A program made the translations under genes and the position numbers. DNA of 64,000 nucleotides from Harriotta raleighana (lineage: Eukaryota). The notes beneath the pieces were generated by a model. That model was not told the origin of the DNA. It ran no database searches and was given only the letters and a program-made list of their open reading frames with translations. This document shows, in pieces, positions 26,817 to 39,158 of the stretch (its first letter is position 1; every line of letters begins with the position of its first letter). Location: NCBI GenBank assembly GCA_050575255.1, contig JBNZDD010013687.1, forward strand, positions 537,024 through 601,023, written 5' to 3'.

Positions 26817-28371
26817 TACAATTTGTTTCAGCCAATTAATCCTTCCAGTGTTTACCCGTTATAAATATAACACTGCTAATATCCTTAAGGAATACTCGTA
26901 TCTGCGTAAAGAGAGGATTAGCTATCAAGCTACACTAAAATCAATCAATGATATCAGATTAAGCTCCTATGCACTGACAGATTGATAAATCTTCCAAAAA
27001 GTTCAATGTTTTCCGAAAAATTTACAGCATTGAAATAAATGGTAGAGAAGAAATTGTCTGAGAAATACTTCGCTTTGATCACGAATTGGCTAGCTTCAGG
27101 GTGTTCATACGGAGTGCATTTCTGACGAGGTGGTTATTAATTGTTCACTGGGAAATGTGTCTACAATAAGTTGCATTTATATGCAGGGTAGGATCCCATA
27201 ACTCTAAATGAACATAGAGTAGCACAAGGTACATTTCCTATGCTGCAAAATCAATGAAACGATTAAGTAGTTGATGTGAAAGAAACCAGAAGAGCAATTG
27301 ATGCAATGGGTCTCTTAAGCAAGCACCTCATTGCCTGTTGCTATCTGGAATGTAAAGACCAATTTCAACATACCTTCATTTTTATTTCATCAAAGTCAAT
27401 TGTTTTTAGATTTTTAAAATTTTAGAAATGACCGGCGATGCTCTCTCTCAATGAGATTCACTTGTTGTAATTTTGTTGTTGTTGGGTCTGAATTGCTATC
27501 AAACAAGTGAGAAAACTGGTGTCGATATTGAATTCAGTAATGAAACACCTGACGCTGAACACACTGTGCCACAGTGGTTGATGGGTTTATAAAATTATTT
27601 CTGAAAGAATTTCTATCAACTGATACTTAGGAAGCGACAGGCATTCGGTTGAGCTGTCAAAACGCTCTTCAGGATTGTATCCAGGAGAAATAATTTTATG
27701 AATTTCCTGTGTAAAATCTTCCACTCACTTTCTCCAATCACTTTGTGCTGGTTTACTCTTTGCAGACTTAACTGCCATATCTATTTGGGGAACCCAAATA
27801 CTGTACTTGTTTAATTCTTAATTTTTGTCACAACTGTGAAAATAACTTAATGCTAAATTGATTGTGTAGTTTAGAGGTTCAATAAAGCCTCATGAAGCCA
27901 AATTAAGCAGCAACTGGATTTTCTTTGTAAATAAACAGAATGGAAATATTGTATCACAGTGTAGGTCTTGGCCTTGTAAGACTGGGATGGAAATGATCTG
28001 ATAAATTCTCCTCTTCTTCAAGCCAAATGGCAGAAAAAGTACTTACGCCATCTAAATTTTGCCTTCCCCCAGATGTTTTTTTTCGAGTGAGCAAAAGGTT
28101 TTGCTCAGTATCCAACAAACATATTCGCCCGTCAGTCATCCGCCCAATTATTTGTAGTTTATCCCCACAGTCAACTAACTGCCCACTGAGTTACCCACAC
28201 GTTTGTGAAATTAAGATTTGATTTCATTCATCCTTGAACCTGCCTGCCTAAGTCAACCTTTCAATCAAGCATTGTCTGTGTGTTGTGCAATAATACATTT
28301 GCTCGCTGGCACAAGCATTTTCATTTTCCTGCACATTCATTTACCAAGATTCTTGCTCTTCTTTGGATGTA

Positions 28372-29069
28372 CAGGCAGTCCTCAAGCTACGTCAGGGTTA
28401 GGTTCCTAAGATGTGGTGTAAGTCGAATTTGTATGCAAGTCGAGTCACCCCCCTATAATGCTTACAGTAACATACAGTGATTGGTTGTAGTGTATAGTGA
28501 GCTGCCCTCTCTCCCCTGCACCCCTCCTAATATGTACAGTACTGTAAATAAAATAAAATATTACTGTGTACTTACATGGCTTCATTGTGAGTCTAGCACT
28601 CGATGTAGCGCAACACAGGAGATCACACGCGATGTAGAGCAACGCAGGAGATCACACGCGATGTAGCGCAACACAGGAGATCACATGCGACATAGCGCAA
28701 CACAGGAGATCACATGTGACGTAGTGCAACGCAGATCACACGTAGCGCAACGCAGATCGCACGTGATGTAGCGCAGTCTAAAGGCTGGAGAGTACTGTCC
28801 CGCCGAGCTCACAGACTCACACAGTACCTGTACAGTACACACTCGCATCTCGCCTCCATCCTGTTCCTGTCCTGAACGCGTATCGTGGTCCCGTGAGTGT
28901 TGAGAGCGGCGACTCCAGTTTTCTATCGCGTGTGGGGCAACTAAAGTGTTTACATAGTAGTGTCGTAACTTCGAGACTTTGGATGTAACTCGGACGTAAT
29001 TTTACTGATTTTAAGTGTCGTAACTTCGAATTGTCGTACCTCGAAACGTCGTAACTAGAGGACTGCCTG
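28372..29069. mobile_element. Non-autonomous Tigger/pogo-type (Tc1/mariner superfamily) DNA transposon, 698 bp
   Basis: TIRs are CAGGCAGTCCTCAAGCTACGTC and (rc) CAGGCAGTCCTCTAGTTACGAC. TA target duplication lies at 28370-28371 and 29070-29071. The interior is CpG-rich with no transposase ORF. Confidence 0.9.
28601..28776. repeat. 29-bp minisatellite inside the MITE
   Basis: Unit CGATGTAGCGCAACACAGGAGATCACACG x4 (28601-28716), followed by two shortened units and one partial unit. Confidence 0.9.
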
Positions 29070-30844
29070 TACTAGTTTCAGACAGCTACGACAAGGAATT
29101 CTGTGATCTTATCTACAACAACAACAAATTGCATTTATATATGTCTTTCCCAAAGTGCATCTATTGGCTGAATATTAAAAAAAACTAGCTTTTGGTGCAT
29201 AATTAAATTGACATAACTCAGTTGATCATCAACATTATAGCAGTATTTAGCAGTCCTTTGGGAATCCATTTCATTATTGCTGTTAATAATCTTTCTTGCT
29301 CATTCAGGAAATCCCAGGATCTGCAGGGTGTTGAAGGCTTAGTTCATCAATGTTCTATTAAGAAATAATAAAACCGACTGCCGGGGCTTAGCATTGGAAC
29401 CCAGTGAGTGTGTGGTCTGTGGGGTGCCAGCTCCAGTTAGTTCTCTTCCCATCACTGAATTTAATATGACGTTGACTTTTAGGTGCACATAAATTTTTAT
29501 TATATATATATATACTGTAATAATATTTAATATATATTTATTTGAGTTTGTTTGGTTAAGCTTAGAAATTAAGGTTCTTTACTTATTGCTTTCATAGATA
29601 AATTGGTGAATTGAGAGAGACCTGATATTTTGGAGCATGATATTTTGCCATAGCTGTTATAAAATATCCATGTCCTATATATTATCTGAAATGGAATATC
29701 CGAAAGAGATGGTTTTTTAAAAAAGTGTCTATGTGGACAAAATCTTACTGGACCAGTCTATGCAGTGTTCTACATAATTCACTAATCCATGCAATGTCCA
29801 CCCATAAATATCAATTGCAGTTGCTAATTTACAAACATAGAATCATTTTACTTTAAAGTTCTCAACAAGCACCAGCATGCTGCAGATTAGGTGTTCCAAA
29901 GACTAACCTGGGCTTGTCTTGTGTTCGGATAATTGGTGGCTTTTAAAACATCTGTCATTAGCTGGTTTTGTTGCGTATCAACAAAGCCAGGAATATACTT
30001 TCATCAATCTTGTAACACAGTTCTGACAGATATCATTAAGGGTTCTTGAGAAGCATTGCATTGGTTAACTGGACAGGCATACTCAGCAGAATAATGCTAT
30101 TTGTTACCAGTAAAGCCTGTCTTTTTTTAATATTCCAATTCTTGCCTTTGGTAAGCAACATTTCACATCACAGAACATCTCAGAGCACTTGATAGGATCC
30201 ATTACAAATCTATGTATCATTTTGTTTAGTGTCCATCTTGCATATTTAATTGAAGTACAGTATAAACACATGGCTCAAGTGAATCACTATTGCACAACAT
30301 TTAAAGCAAATAATTGTCAACACGAAAAAGAAGTCGAGAAATGGTCAAGCTGCTTGATCATTTGTGCAGAATGTGGTGGTACACTACCTCTAAGAGAAAT
30401 CTCGAGTAAAACATAGGATTCACAATCAAAGAATGAATCATTTGCAGTTGTAAATCCAGAATACATCAAAGTGTTTGAACACACTTGAAAATATGATTTT
30501 TTTTCTCTCTCTGGTAATATTAGATTCAAGGGATATCATCTTCTTCCGTTTGTTGTAAATGGGAGGGGGGAAGGAAATTTTGATCATGATATTATAAGCT
30601 TATTAACAAAGGCTGCACGGTTTCCCTTTCATGGCCTTCGCTGTGTACATAAAAGAATGCAGGTGGTGCTTCTAAAATGTGCCGTAAAGTTTCTCTCGAT
30701 GTCCCCCAACCCAGGTAATGTATCATTAATAAATTCTGTCCAGTGACATTCCACAGATAAGATTTTTACGTTTCAAACCAACATTTTCGAAAAGATATTC
30801 ATCAATCTGTATATTTCTTATCTCAAAAGGTGTGTCCAGAAACA

Positions 30845-31078
30845 AAATCTATCTTTACACAGAGTATTGGAGTGTATTGCCTCAAAGCACTTCTGGTATA
30901 GAGTTGATGGATGTTGTAGTTGATGGAAGCACTGAAAAAGAGATACTGTAGTAAGGTATGTTGCTTAAGTGTAAGGACATTCAGCAATGTGGAGAAAAGT
31001 TGGAGAATTGGAATTAAACTGAGATGTCTAAATACTTAATGAACAGGTATGATAGGCTAATTCTATTTTATTCTGTTC
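30845..31078 (+). mobile_element. Degraded CR1 3' end
   Basis: CTTTACACAGAG, TGTGGAGAAAAGTTGGAGAATTGGAATTA and ACAGGTATGATAGGCTAA. An L2-B tail (TCCTCCCAACATGAAAGGC) follows immediately to about 31140. Confidence 0.5.
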
Positions 31079-31643
31079 GGTTTGGAAATCCTCCCAACAT
31101 GAAAGGCTTTATATAAATACACTGCGTCGTTATTCTTGTTGCTGTGTTTCTTTGTAAACTTCAAACCTCTTCTAAACAATGTATTGGATAATTGGTTTTA
31201 AATGCTATTATGCTCCACTATTTGAATTACCTGAAGCACATTTTTACCTCAGAAGTAAATCTAAAATTACCTGTGTACCTCTGTCAGTATTACTTAATAG
31301 TTTAAATAGCAGAGAATTTGCATCAGATGTTGATGGAATTTCAGTAGTAGCAGTCACATATGGGACATTTCAGACCTCTGACCAAAGGAATGACAAAATT
31401 AAACTTGTATAAGATCCAGCAAGGTTTGGTTTGGAAGTTTTCCTTGTTTCTCAACCGTTGCCAGCTCTGTACACCAGAACTGGAAAAATATGTCTTTGTC
31501 ATTGATAAATTGAAGTGGACCAAATCTGTTCATGAAATCAAATAGGGTTGCAGAATGTGATCTCGCTCCTGGGAGAATCCCATTACATGAGTCGATTGAC
31601 AGATTGGGATATGTAATGTGTAACTTCAGAGAAATGTAATTGT

Positions 31644-31840
31644 TAATAATAATCCTTGCATTTAATACAGTACCTTATCATGGCTCCAAGACATCTCAAA
31701 GTGCTTCACAGAATATACTGTAAAGTGAATTGTATATTTGGGGAGTGAAACAAGGCAGCCAATTCTGCCCAGCAGTGTCCCATAAACAGCCCAGAATTGA
31801 ATGACCAAATTATTATTTTTAAAAATTTGTACAGATTACT
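31644..31840 (-). mobile_element. SINE 3' two-thirds
   Basis: TAATAATAATCCTTGCATTT..CATCTCAAAGTGCTTCACAGAATATACTGTAAAGTGAATTG..GGCAGCCAATT..CAGCAGTGTCCCA. Confidence 0.85.
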
Positions 31841-32136
31841 ACCCCCAAGTAAAGCAATCTGCCAATTGACTAACAATTGGATTCCTACTTACTGCTAGGT
31901 AAATAGAGGCATGTGGAGATGAACAGGCTTCTCTTTGTCTAATTTTTCACACATTTTGCTGCTGCTGGGTGTCACTGCATGGATTCCCACATTGATACTG
32001 TCATGTCTTCCATGGCATTATGCATTCATCTCTGGCTTGGGACATCTTTGCAATGTCTTTTACATGACCATTGTATTTTATAGGATTGTTGACTCATCTG
32101 ATGAATGAGACACACTTACCTGTGCCCTTACATTGT

Positions 32137-32373
32137 CACTCTGGAACTCCATCCTACAGTCCCTTCGCCTCGCTTCCTCCCTTGCCTCCTCTCAAGTCCC
32201 TCCTTCGTGCCTTCTGTTGCCCTCCCAAATCTCTTCCCCTCTCCTAACTCCCTCCCTCACCCTTCACCCTGCCACTCTCCCTTGCTCGGGTCCCAACCTG
32301 ACTGTTCAGCGACTTGGGACATCCTCACAACATGAAAGGGATTTTATAAATGTAATTTTGTTGTTTGTTGTTG
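32137..32373 (+). mobile_element. L2 family B 3' end
   Basis: CTCTGGAACTCCATCC (LWNSI), pyrimidine-rich UTR, CTCGGGTCC..CCTGACTGTTCAGCG..GGGACATCCTC..ATGAAAGG and (TTG)n. Confidence 0.85.
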
Positions 32374-33077
32374 TACTGGTATTTGTTTAAACCAAACTCT
32401 CATGTATAGCTATGTTTCTGAATGCTCCTAAAAGTTTATTTTCACATTATTTTTGTGTTTTTCAGTCCTTTATTTTGTGTGTTACATAAAAGAAAAATGT
32501 CATTCTAGTGTGGATGTTCTTTCTGAAAGCTATGATGGCTTTTATCCAAAACCAACCTAATGTTTGATGGAATGCTAAAGTGCTGTCTACCTCCAATCGT
32601 TACACAGCTACAATCATCTGTGATCATTGCGGTAAATATAGATGGGGTTTCCAAAACATTCAGAATTGAAATAGCTGTTTGTGATGAAAAATGGATGATA
32701 TGCCAAGGTTGGCAGCAAGATGTGAAGAAAAATATACACAAGAGAGACTGACCACATAGCTTGAGTTATAAGGCAAAAATGTGTTTGCCAAAGGAAAACT
32801 ATATGTATCTGGACGATTGTCTGTTTGCATTTCTGGTCATCTAATCTTAGGCAGGATATGAGTGCACTTCAAAAGATACAAAGGAAGCAGAATTATTTTG
32901 GACATCAGAACTTAAGTTATGGAATTTGGTTTGTTCTATTTGGAAAAAAGGATGTTTTAATATGACCTATTTTTAAAGTTTTCAACATTATGAAATAGAT
33001 CGACCTAGATAAAATGGATGAATTCTTCTTATCAAAAATTTTTTTTTTGCATAAATTGGAATGATAGACCAGTCACT

Positions 33078-33137
33078 GGGGAGGGTGGGCGGGAGGGGGA
33101 TGGGGGAGAGAGAGAGATGGGGGAGAGAGAGAGAGGG
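33078..33137 (+). repeat. G-tract/GA-rich simple repeat with G-quadruplex potential
   Basis: GGGG-A-GGG-T-GGG-C-GGG-A-GGGGG-AT-GGGGG, then (GA)n. Confidence 0.8.
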
Positions 33138-34277
33138 CAAGGATTTTTCTCAGCTCCTGTTAACCCTGAAAACAAAGCCCTAATGGGTAGAGTGGCCCAA
33201 GACTGCCGGATTGCTTTCAATGGCAATTGATATGTTTTTAGCTGGTTAAGCTCCAAGTTATCCCAAATACAAATTCCCCAAGTTTTAGCTTTTGCCAACC
33301 TGACCAAAATAAGAATGACTATATGGTCCATTATAAATAGTTATACCTTTGGCAATACAGTATAGCGAGTAAAGAGATATTACATTGTGAATTCGAATTG
33401 CAAAAATATGATGAACATGGAAAGCATTTGAACATATCAATATCATAATTCAAGTGATGAGAAAAGCAAACTGTTTTTGCACCAGTTCTTTTTTTAGAAA
33501 GTCTTACTTTTTATGTTTGAATACGGCTTTTATTGACCTAGATGAACCAAATGTGAGTACAAATGCAGATGTAAAGGAGAATTTTTTAAAAGTAGAAATG
33601 CACACGATTGTGGTGTATATTTGCTCAGTGATAGCTCATCCAATTGTTTTTGACTGCAAAAGTTTGACTGAACAAAATGAAGCTCAAATCCTTTTGCCTG
33701 AGTACAATTTAACTTTCCCTTTAAAAAATATTTTTATTTTAAAGCGTATTAAAATGGAGTAATTTAACAGTTTTTTTTTCCACTTTGGGGAATTATTGTA
33801 CCATGAACAATGCCCAAAGTAGATTAAAAACTGTCAGAAAGGCTATTGCATTAACCTCTTGATCTGTACTTTCACACGGCTACTTAGCTATTGTGTTGAT
33901 TGTTAGAAACCGCCTTGCATTTGTTGGGGGAATGGACAAGCCCAGTGTCAATCCCCGTACTGTTATGGTAATTCAGGATTTCTGAAATGCTTTATTATAG
34001 GGCTAGCTTTTAAAATACAAAACCACACTTGCAAAGAAACTTGTGTTGTCCAATCTTCAGCGAGACTGCTCTTCCCATTATAAACACTGCCTGTGCAATG
34101 GTGCATGAAAAGAAAAAAAAAGAAAAAAAAGTTACTTGCTTCCTGGCAAAATGACATTTTATAAAATAAAAAAAACTTTTTAAAATTAGTCATCATTGTT
34201 AATTTAAAGTTTAAAGAGGAATAAAAATGTAGCTATGGAATTTTCCGAGTGGCGGTTGGGAGAGAATTGATCAGAGC

Positions 34278-34344
34278 TAATAATAATAATAATCCTTACA
34301 TTTATATAGTGCTTTCCACAATTTATCGACGTCTCAAAGCGCTT
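34278..34344 (-). mobile_element. SINE terminal stem-loop-only insertion
   Basis: (AAT)nCCTTACATTTATATAGTGCTTTCCACAATTTATCGACGTCTCAAAGCGCTT, ending at the stem base. Confidence 0.85.
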
Positions 34345-35371
34345 AAAGATTAGGGCTCTAGGGTTAAAGCAGGGAAGGAAACTAAGGAAAAATATGCAGT
34401 TCAGGTTCATAGAAAATAGTGAAGTAGTGTTTTTCTACTTATGTATTATAAGTAACTTGACCCTGGTAAATTGCCAAGTGGGACTTTCCTGTGCTGATGG
34501 ACATGACTCTGCCACCTCTCATTTGTTGGGTCAACTTCTTGCTGCAGAGTTACAGAAATGCTCCTAAAAAGTTCCACTGCAGAAGACAAACTTATTTAGT
34601 TGTTTAAAATAAGCAGGATAAATCTTTGTGGTATGAACTTTAAGTTTCAGGATGGCTGCTGGAACAAAGATAAATAGAAAGGCAGTGGATTCCCTTTGAA
34701 ATTTAAACGTTGCAAAATGTGACCACTTTTAGCCCTTATATCTACAGTAGCACATGTATATTTTGTAAGTAACATATTCCAATTCCAACAAGGGCTCAGA
34801 GTAGATTTTCTAAAAATAGAATGCAGTGTTTGGGACTCTTGAAGTGTTGCTAATCAGATTTTCTAAACATTTGGAGCTAAGGAGATTTTATTTTGATCTA
34901 GAGAAGGAAACGTGTAAAATTGGCTGCTCTGAAATTAATCTGAGTCAAGTAAATGGTAGCATGAAGCATGTCACATTCACCCAAGAGAACTCTGCTCCAA
35001 CACAATCTGCTAATGGACATGCTTCCCGTGAGTTGACAGGAATTCTAATGGGATACGAAATACCACAGAGTAGACCCATCGAATATCGAATGTCAACAGT
35101 GCAGTGTTGTGCTGAGTAATGCAGATTGTATATAATGTTACATTTATATCCTGGAGACGTCTGCTTGGTTGGTTCCCACTCCAAGTGTCGGAACAAACTG
35201 TCAGTGTTTCTGTGATTAAAGGTTATTCACCTCACTCGGAAGTTTCAGTTGGAAAGAATCCAAGACTCTGGAAATGGCTATGTATATATAGAAGCAGTTT
35301 TGATGGACCAAATGACCTTTTAATTCCATTCCATACTCCAGTTACAGAATTGTCTTTCCAGGTGATCTTCT

Positions 35372-35448
35372 TAATAATAATCCTTGTATTTAATTTCATA
35401 CCTCATCAAGACATCTCAAAGTGCTTCACAGGAAATACCTGTAAAGTG
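35372..35448 (-). mobile_element. SINE 3' tail
   Basis: TAATAATAATCCTTGTATTT..GACATCTCAAAGTGCTTCACAG..CTGTAAAGTG. Confidence 0.75.
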
Positions 35449-38343
35449 TCATGCTTGCATATTGTTGTAGTTGATTAATTCTATCAAAGTGAACATTTTG
35501 AACCAAGACACCCTTCAGTTTGCCCATTGACTGAACCCTCATTTAAAGTACTATATAGTTTCTCAGGCATACCTAAAAGCCTCAAAGCTATAATTACAGG
35601 ATTTTGAATTTCTGTTTATTCAGTAGAGTTGAATGCTGGAGGAAAAAGGCGGCAACTCCCTAATGTTGCATTTTTATGTGTTGAATATGGTTATTGACCA
35701 TGTTTGATTCATTCTCCTCGACATTCTCCTTGATTTCTGTTGCTTTTCTGGTTCATCCTTTATTCTTGAAAAATAGTCTTGGTGGCTATTGTTGATGTTT
35801 CCCAGCGTTGCAGAAACATATTCTGAAAATATCAGAAATGAGTGAAGCGTTTAAATACATTTGGTGGTTTTAACAATGAATGGTGACGGATTGCTGTTTC
35901 TGATTAATTGGATAAACATTTCTTGTGTTAGGTTTGCTAGGAAGTAGAAGTAAATCATCAGCCAGTAACATTTATATTAAGTGCATGCTGACGTTAAATC
36001 ATAATTCTAAGTACAGTAAATATGAAAAATGAGTCAATTTAGGACAATTATCAGCTGCTATCTCTCTCTCAGTTGCTCTTACTTTTTTTCCACAGTGCAT
36101 CTGTCTGTAGGGGAGATGGAATCAACTTTTAAATGAAAGCAATGAGCTGAAAAAAAGTGCCTTTTTAAAACACGAACAAACCAGCTCAAAATTGACCAAG
36201 TATTTGAACAAAATAAGAAAACAACCTGTTTTCCTCCAGGTTGTCCAGTTGATCTGAAGAAATCTATTTAAATATCTGAGATGTGCAACTTAGAGTTTTT
36301 TTTCATGGGTTGAAAGTTTTTTGTAATGTTACAATAGACTGATTAGATATTTTCTGAACTATTGTGGTGTTGATGTTTTTACAGCCAGGAGTGTGAAAAC
36401 CCATCACCATGCTTGAGTGTATCTAAACCAGACTGAGAGAATCCCATAATGTTATGGTCAGACTCATGGCATGTAAGTCACCCCAAGGGTTAAAACTATA
36501 AATTAATCTATTTCCAGGGTTTGACCGTATTACACTTGCAGATAATTTGGTTGCTATGTAAGATATCTTTTTGCTCAGAGAAAGAAATTGATGACAGAGT
36601 AAAACGTTAACATAATAGATAGACATTTCTTTTTCTTAAAGTTGTCTTTCCACCACATAATTACCTCTGCTTGCAGTCAAAATAGTCTATGAAATGAAAG
36701 GCGTGATAGAAGAGCTATCCCACGTGTACAGTACCCAGGCTCACGTTTTACTGCAGAGATTGGCAAGATTGTTTTTTTTGGCACAGATTTTCTCTGCAGT
36801 CATACATGTGAACTGCAGGGAATTTATTTCCAGAGAGTATGACCTGTGAATAGATACCGGTGTTGAAAGAAACTGAGGATTTCTGTTAGAATTAATTGTC
36901 AGCGAGAGAAAGAAAGCCGACAATTGCCAAGTTGCATGATTTTGTTGGTGATGTGTTTAGTACCCATTCTCACCCTATGATGTAGAATCCACCCAGTATT
37001 ACACACAGACTGTATAGATTTCATAGCACTGTTTACTATGACTTTCCCTAATGATAGGGCAGGTGTAATTTAAGCCAATGGCTGTAATAAGAGTGACAAA
37101 ATCTCTTTTGCCATTCACCCTGCCAAAGATTCTATTTTCACTGCTTTGGCTTCCACATCACCCTTTTAATTAATGGTTATCATAAGAAGCACAGCTTAAA
37201 ACTCACTACGTTGGTGGTGAAGCCCATCCAATAGCACAACAGATTCTTAGTTAAATCACTACTTTGCCACTGACTGCCATAGTGTTTTCTGGTGTACATG
37301 TGCATTCTACCTGGAAGGCATCAACTGGTTAAACCAAAGCACCACTTGTGATTATTTTATTAAGCAAGGTGTGATTATTGTTTTTGTATGGGAAATAAAT
37401 GGGCGGGAAGACGTCTGTAATTATTATTTAATAAAAGTGCATTGCTGGTAAGTCAAATATCATGCAGCTGTAGATCCAGCAAAGGGTGGGTTTGGTAAAG
37501 GCTCCAAGTAAGATCGCTTCTGGATTATTGCAGTATTGATCCTTATTTGAGCCATTTGGCAGGACATGGCATGCAGCATTAGTTGTGTGGTTTTGCTAGC
37601 CCAAACAACTTACTTTCAACCATTGCTTTTCTGTGATTAAGATCATTGAAATATCCTTTAAAGCAGCTAAACAGAATGGCCGTCTGTTTTTCATTGACAT
37701 CTGGAGAATTTGTTTTGGACCAGTAGCAAAACCCAACGGCATCACTAGAGTGCCAGTAAAATGAAAATAATCTGTTGTTGGATTGTGCAACCAAGGGCTG
37801 ACTGCCTTCAGTTAGTAATATTAACTGCTCATGTAAAGAAAAATGTAGCAAATCCATGAAATAAAAAAAATCATGAAACTAACCTGTTATAAATCGAATT
37901 AACATTGAACTAGAAGGAACAAATGAATAGATAGATAGGAAAGTAATGCAATTGATGACTATTTCATGCTTGTTTTGAGTTAATTTATTTGTGTGGGGCT
38001 TGCACAAGAGAATCCTGAACTTCGGTTTAGTTCAGATTCAGATTAGCTTTAATAACACTTTAATATTTACTGGTGAGAAGGACCAGATATTAACTGCACT
38101 TTTTAAAAATTCTTTCTCATTTTTTGTGTTCAAAGAGCCTAACTAACAAATAAATGCTTTGACCAGTTTAATTTGAGTAACGTTTCTTATACAATCCAAG
38201 TTTGTATTGGATTGTGTTGGAACAGCTGTAGATTAGGTATAGATCAATAATGAAATGGAAGCCCAAGGTGGCAAAATTATCATCAAATCACATTTTGCCA
38301 AATGTTTTAGATTTGGATTTTTCCAGTTTAACTTATTTAATAT

Positions 38344-38440
38344 ACAAAATATACAGCCAATTCACTTTACACTATATTCTGTGAAGAGCTTTCAGGTATC
38401 CCAATAAGAAGCTATATCAAATGCAAGGATTATTATTATT
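38344..38440 (+). mobile_element. SINE 3' fragment
   Basis: AATATACAGCCAATTCACTTTACACTATATTCTGTGAAG..GCTATATCAAATGCAAGG(ATT)n. Confidence 0.85.
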
Positions 38441-38559
38441 TGTGAAAGAAAGTGATGCATTTAGAAGTGAATTGTCTAATTTGCTTACAATAAAATGTTT
38501 TGGATGAAACCAAACTCTGAAGAGAGTTACCCATCAACTGGCTTCTGCCATTCCAATTG

Positions 38560-38624
38560 CAACAACAACAACAACAACTTTGGTTTATATAGCGCCCTCC
38601 ACGCCGGACGGCGTCTCAGAGCGC
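38560..38624 (-). mobile_element. L2 family A terminal stem-loop-only insertion
   Basis: The reverse complement GCGCTCTGAGACGCCGTCCGGCGTGGAGGGCGCTATATAAACCAAAG(TTG)n has a hairpin identical to that of the 24470 copy. Confidence 0.9.
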
Positions 38625-38828
38625 ATGAATTGCACATGAACTTGAAGGATCAAAACCAAGAGAATTGTTACTTTGTGTAGAATTCCATCAGTGAGTCTCT
38701 GGAATGTAAAATATATTTTGTGCTATTTATGAATTGCAGGATAAAAGCTTATCCTTTGACTTCATCCCAATTTTGAACATGTGAAAGGTTTATCAATGGC
38801 ATGTTGCTTGGCAAGCAATTATACAATC

Positions 38829-39158
38829 CAGGGATCTTTAGTCTGGAGAGAAGATGTATCAGAAGGAATCTTATAAAAGCGTGTGAAATATAAACCCAGA
38901 ACAATACTTGGACCAAGAAAGTTAAACAAAGGAACATAGATTTAGAGTTATACCGGGAAATTTTGGTACAGTTCCTTGAAAGTAGTTACAAACTTTGAAG
39001 AGGTTACCAGGATGGGTGATTGAGGCCAGGACATTGGATTCATTTGTTTTTTAAAACAAAACTTGATGTTGTGCTGGAAGAACAGTAAGATGGATGTTCT
39101 GAGAGGACGAAATCAGATCAGCCAAAGGTCTTTCATCATCAGAACGGACCTTGTAATC
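38829..39158 (+). mobile_element. Old CR1 3' fragment
   Basis: GGGATCTTTAGTCTGGAGAGAAGATGTATCAGAAGGAATCTT (GIFSLERR..R.NL) is similar to the fragment at 15-350. Confidence 0.55.

Noticed and set aside
27114-27161. CTGACGA...GAAA hairpin suggesting a hammerhead or SECIS element
   Set aside because: The stem does not close directly onto GAAA (no R-Y pair), there is no convincing stem I/III, and the AUGA SECIS core is missing.
28601-28776. CRISPR-like regular repeats
   Set aside because: The units are head-to-tail with no unique spacers, lie inside a MITE in eukaryotic DNA, and have no cas genes.
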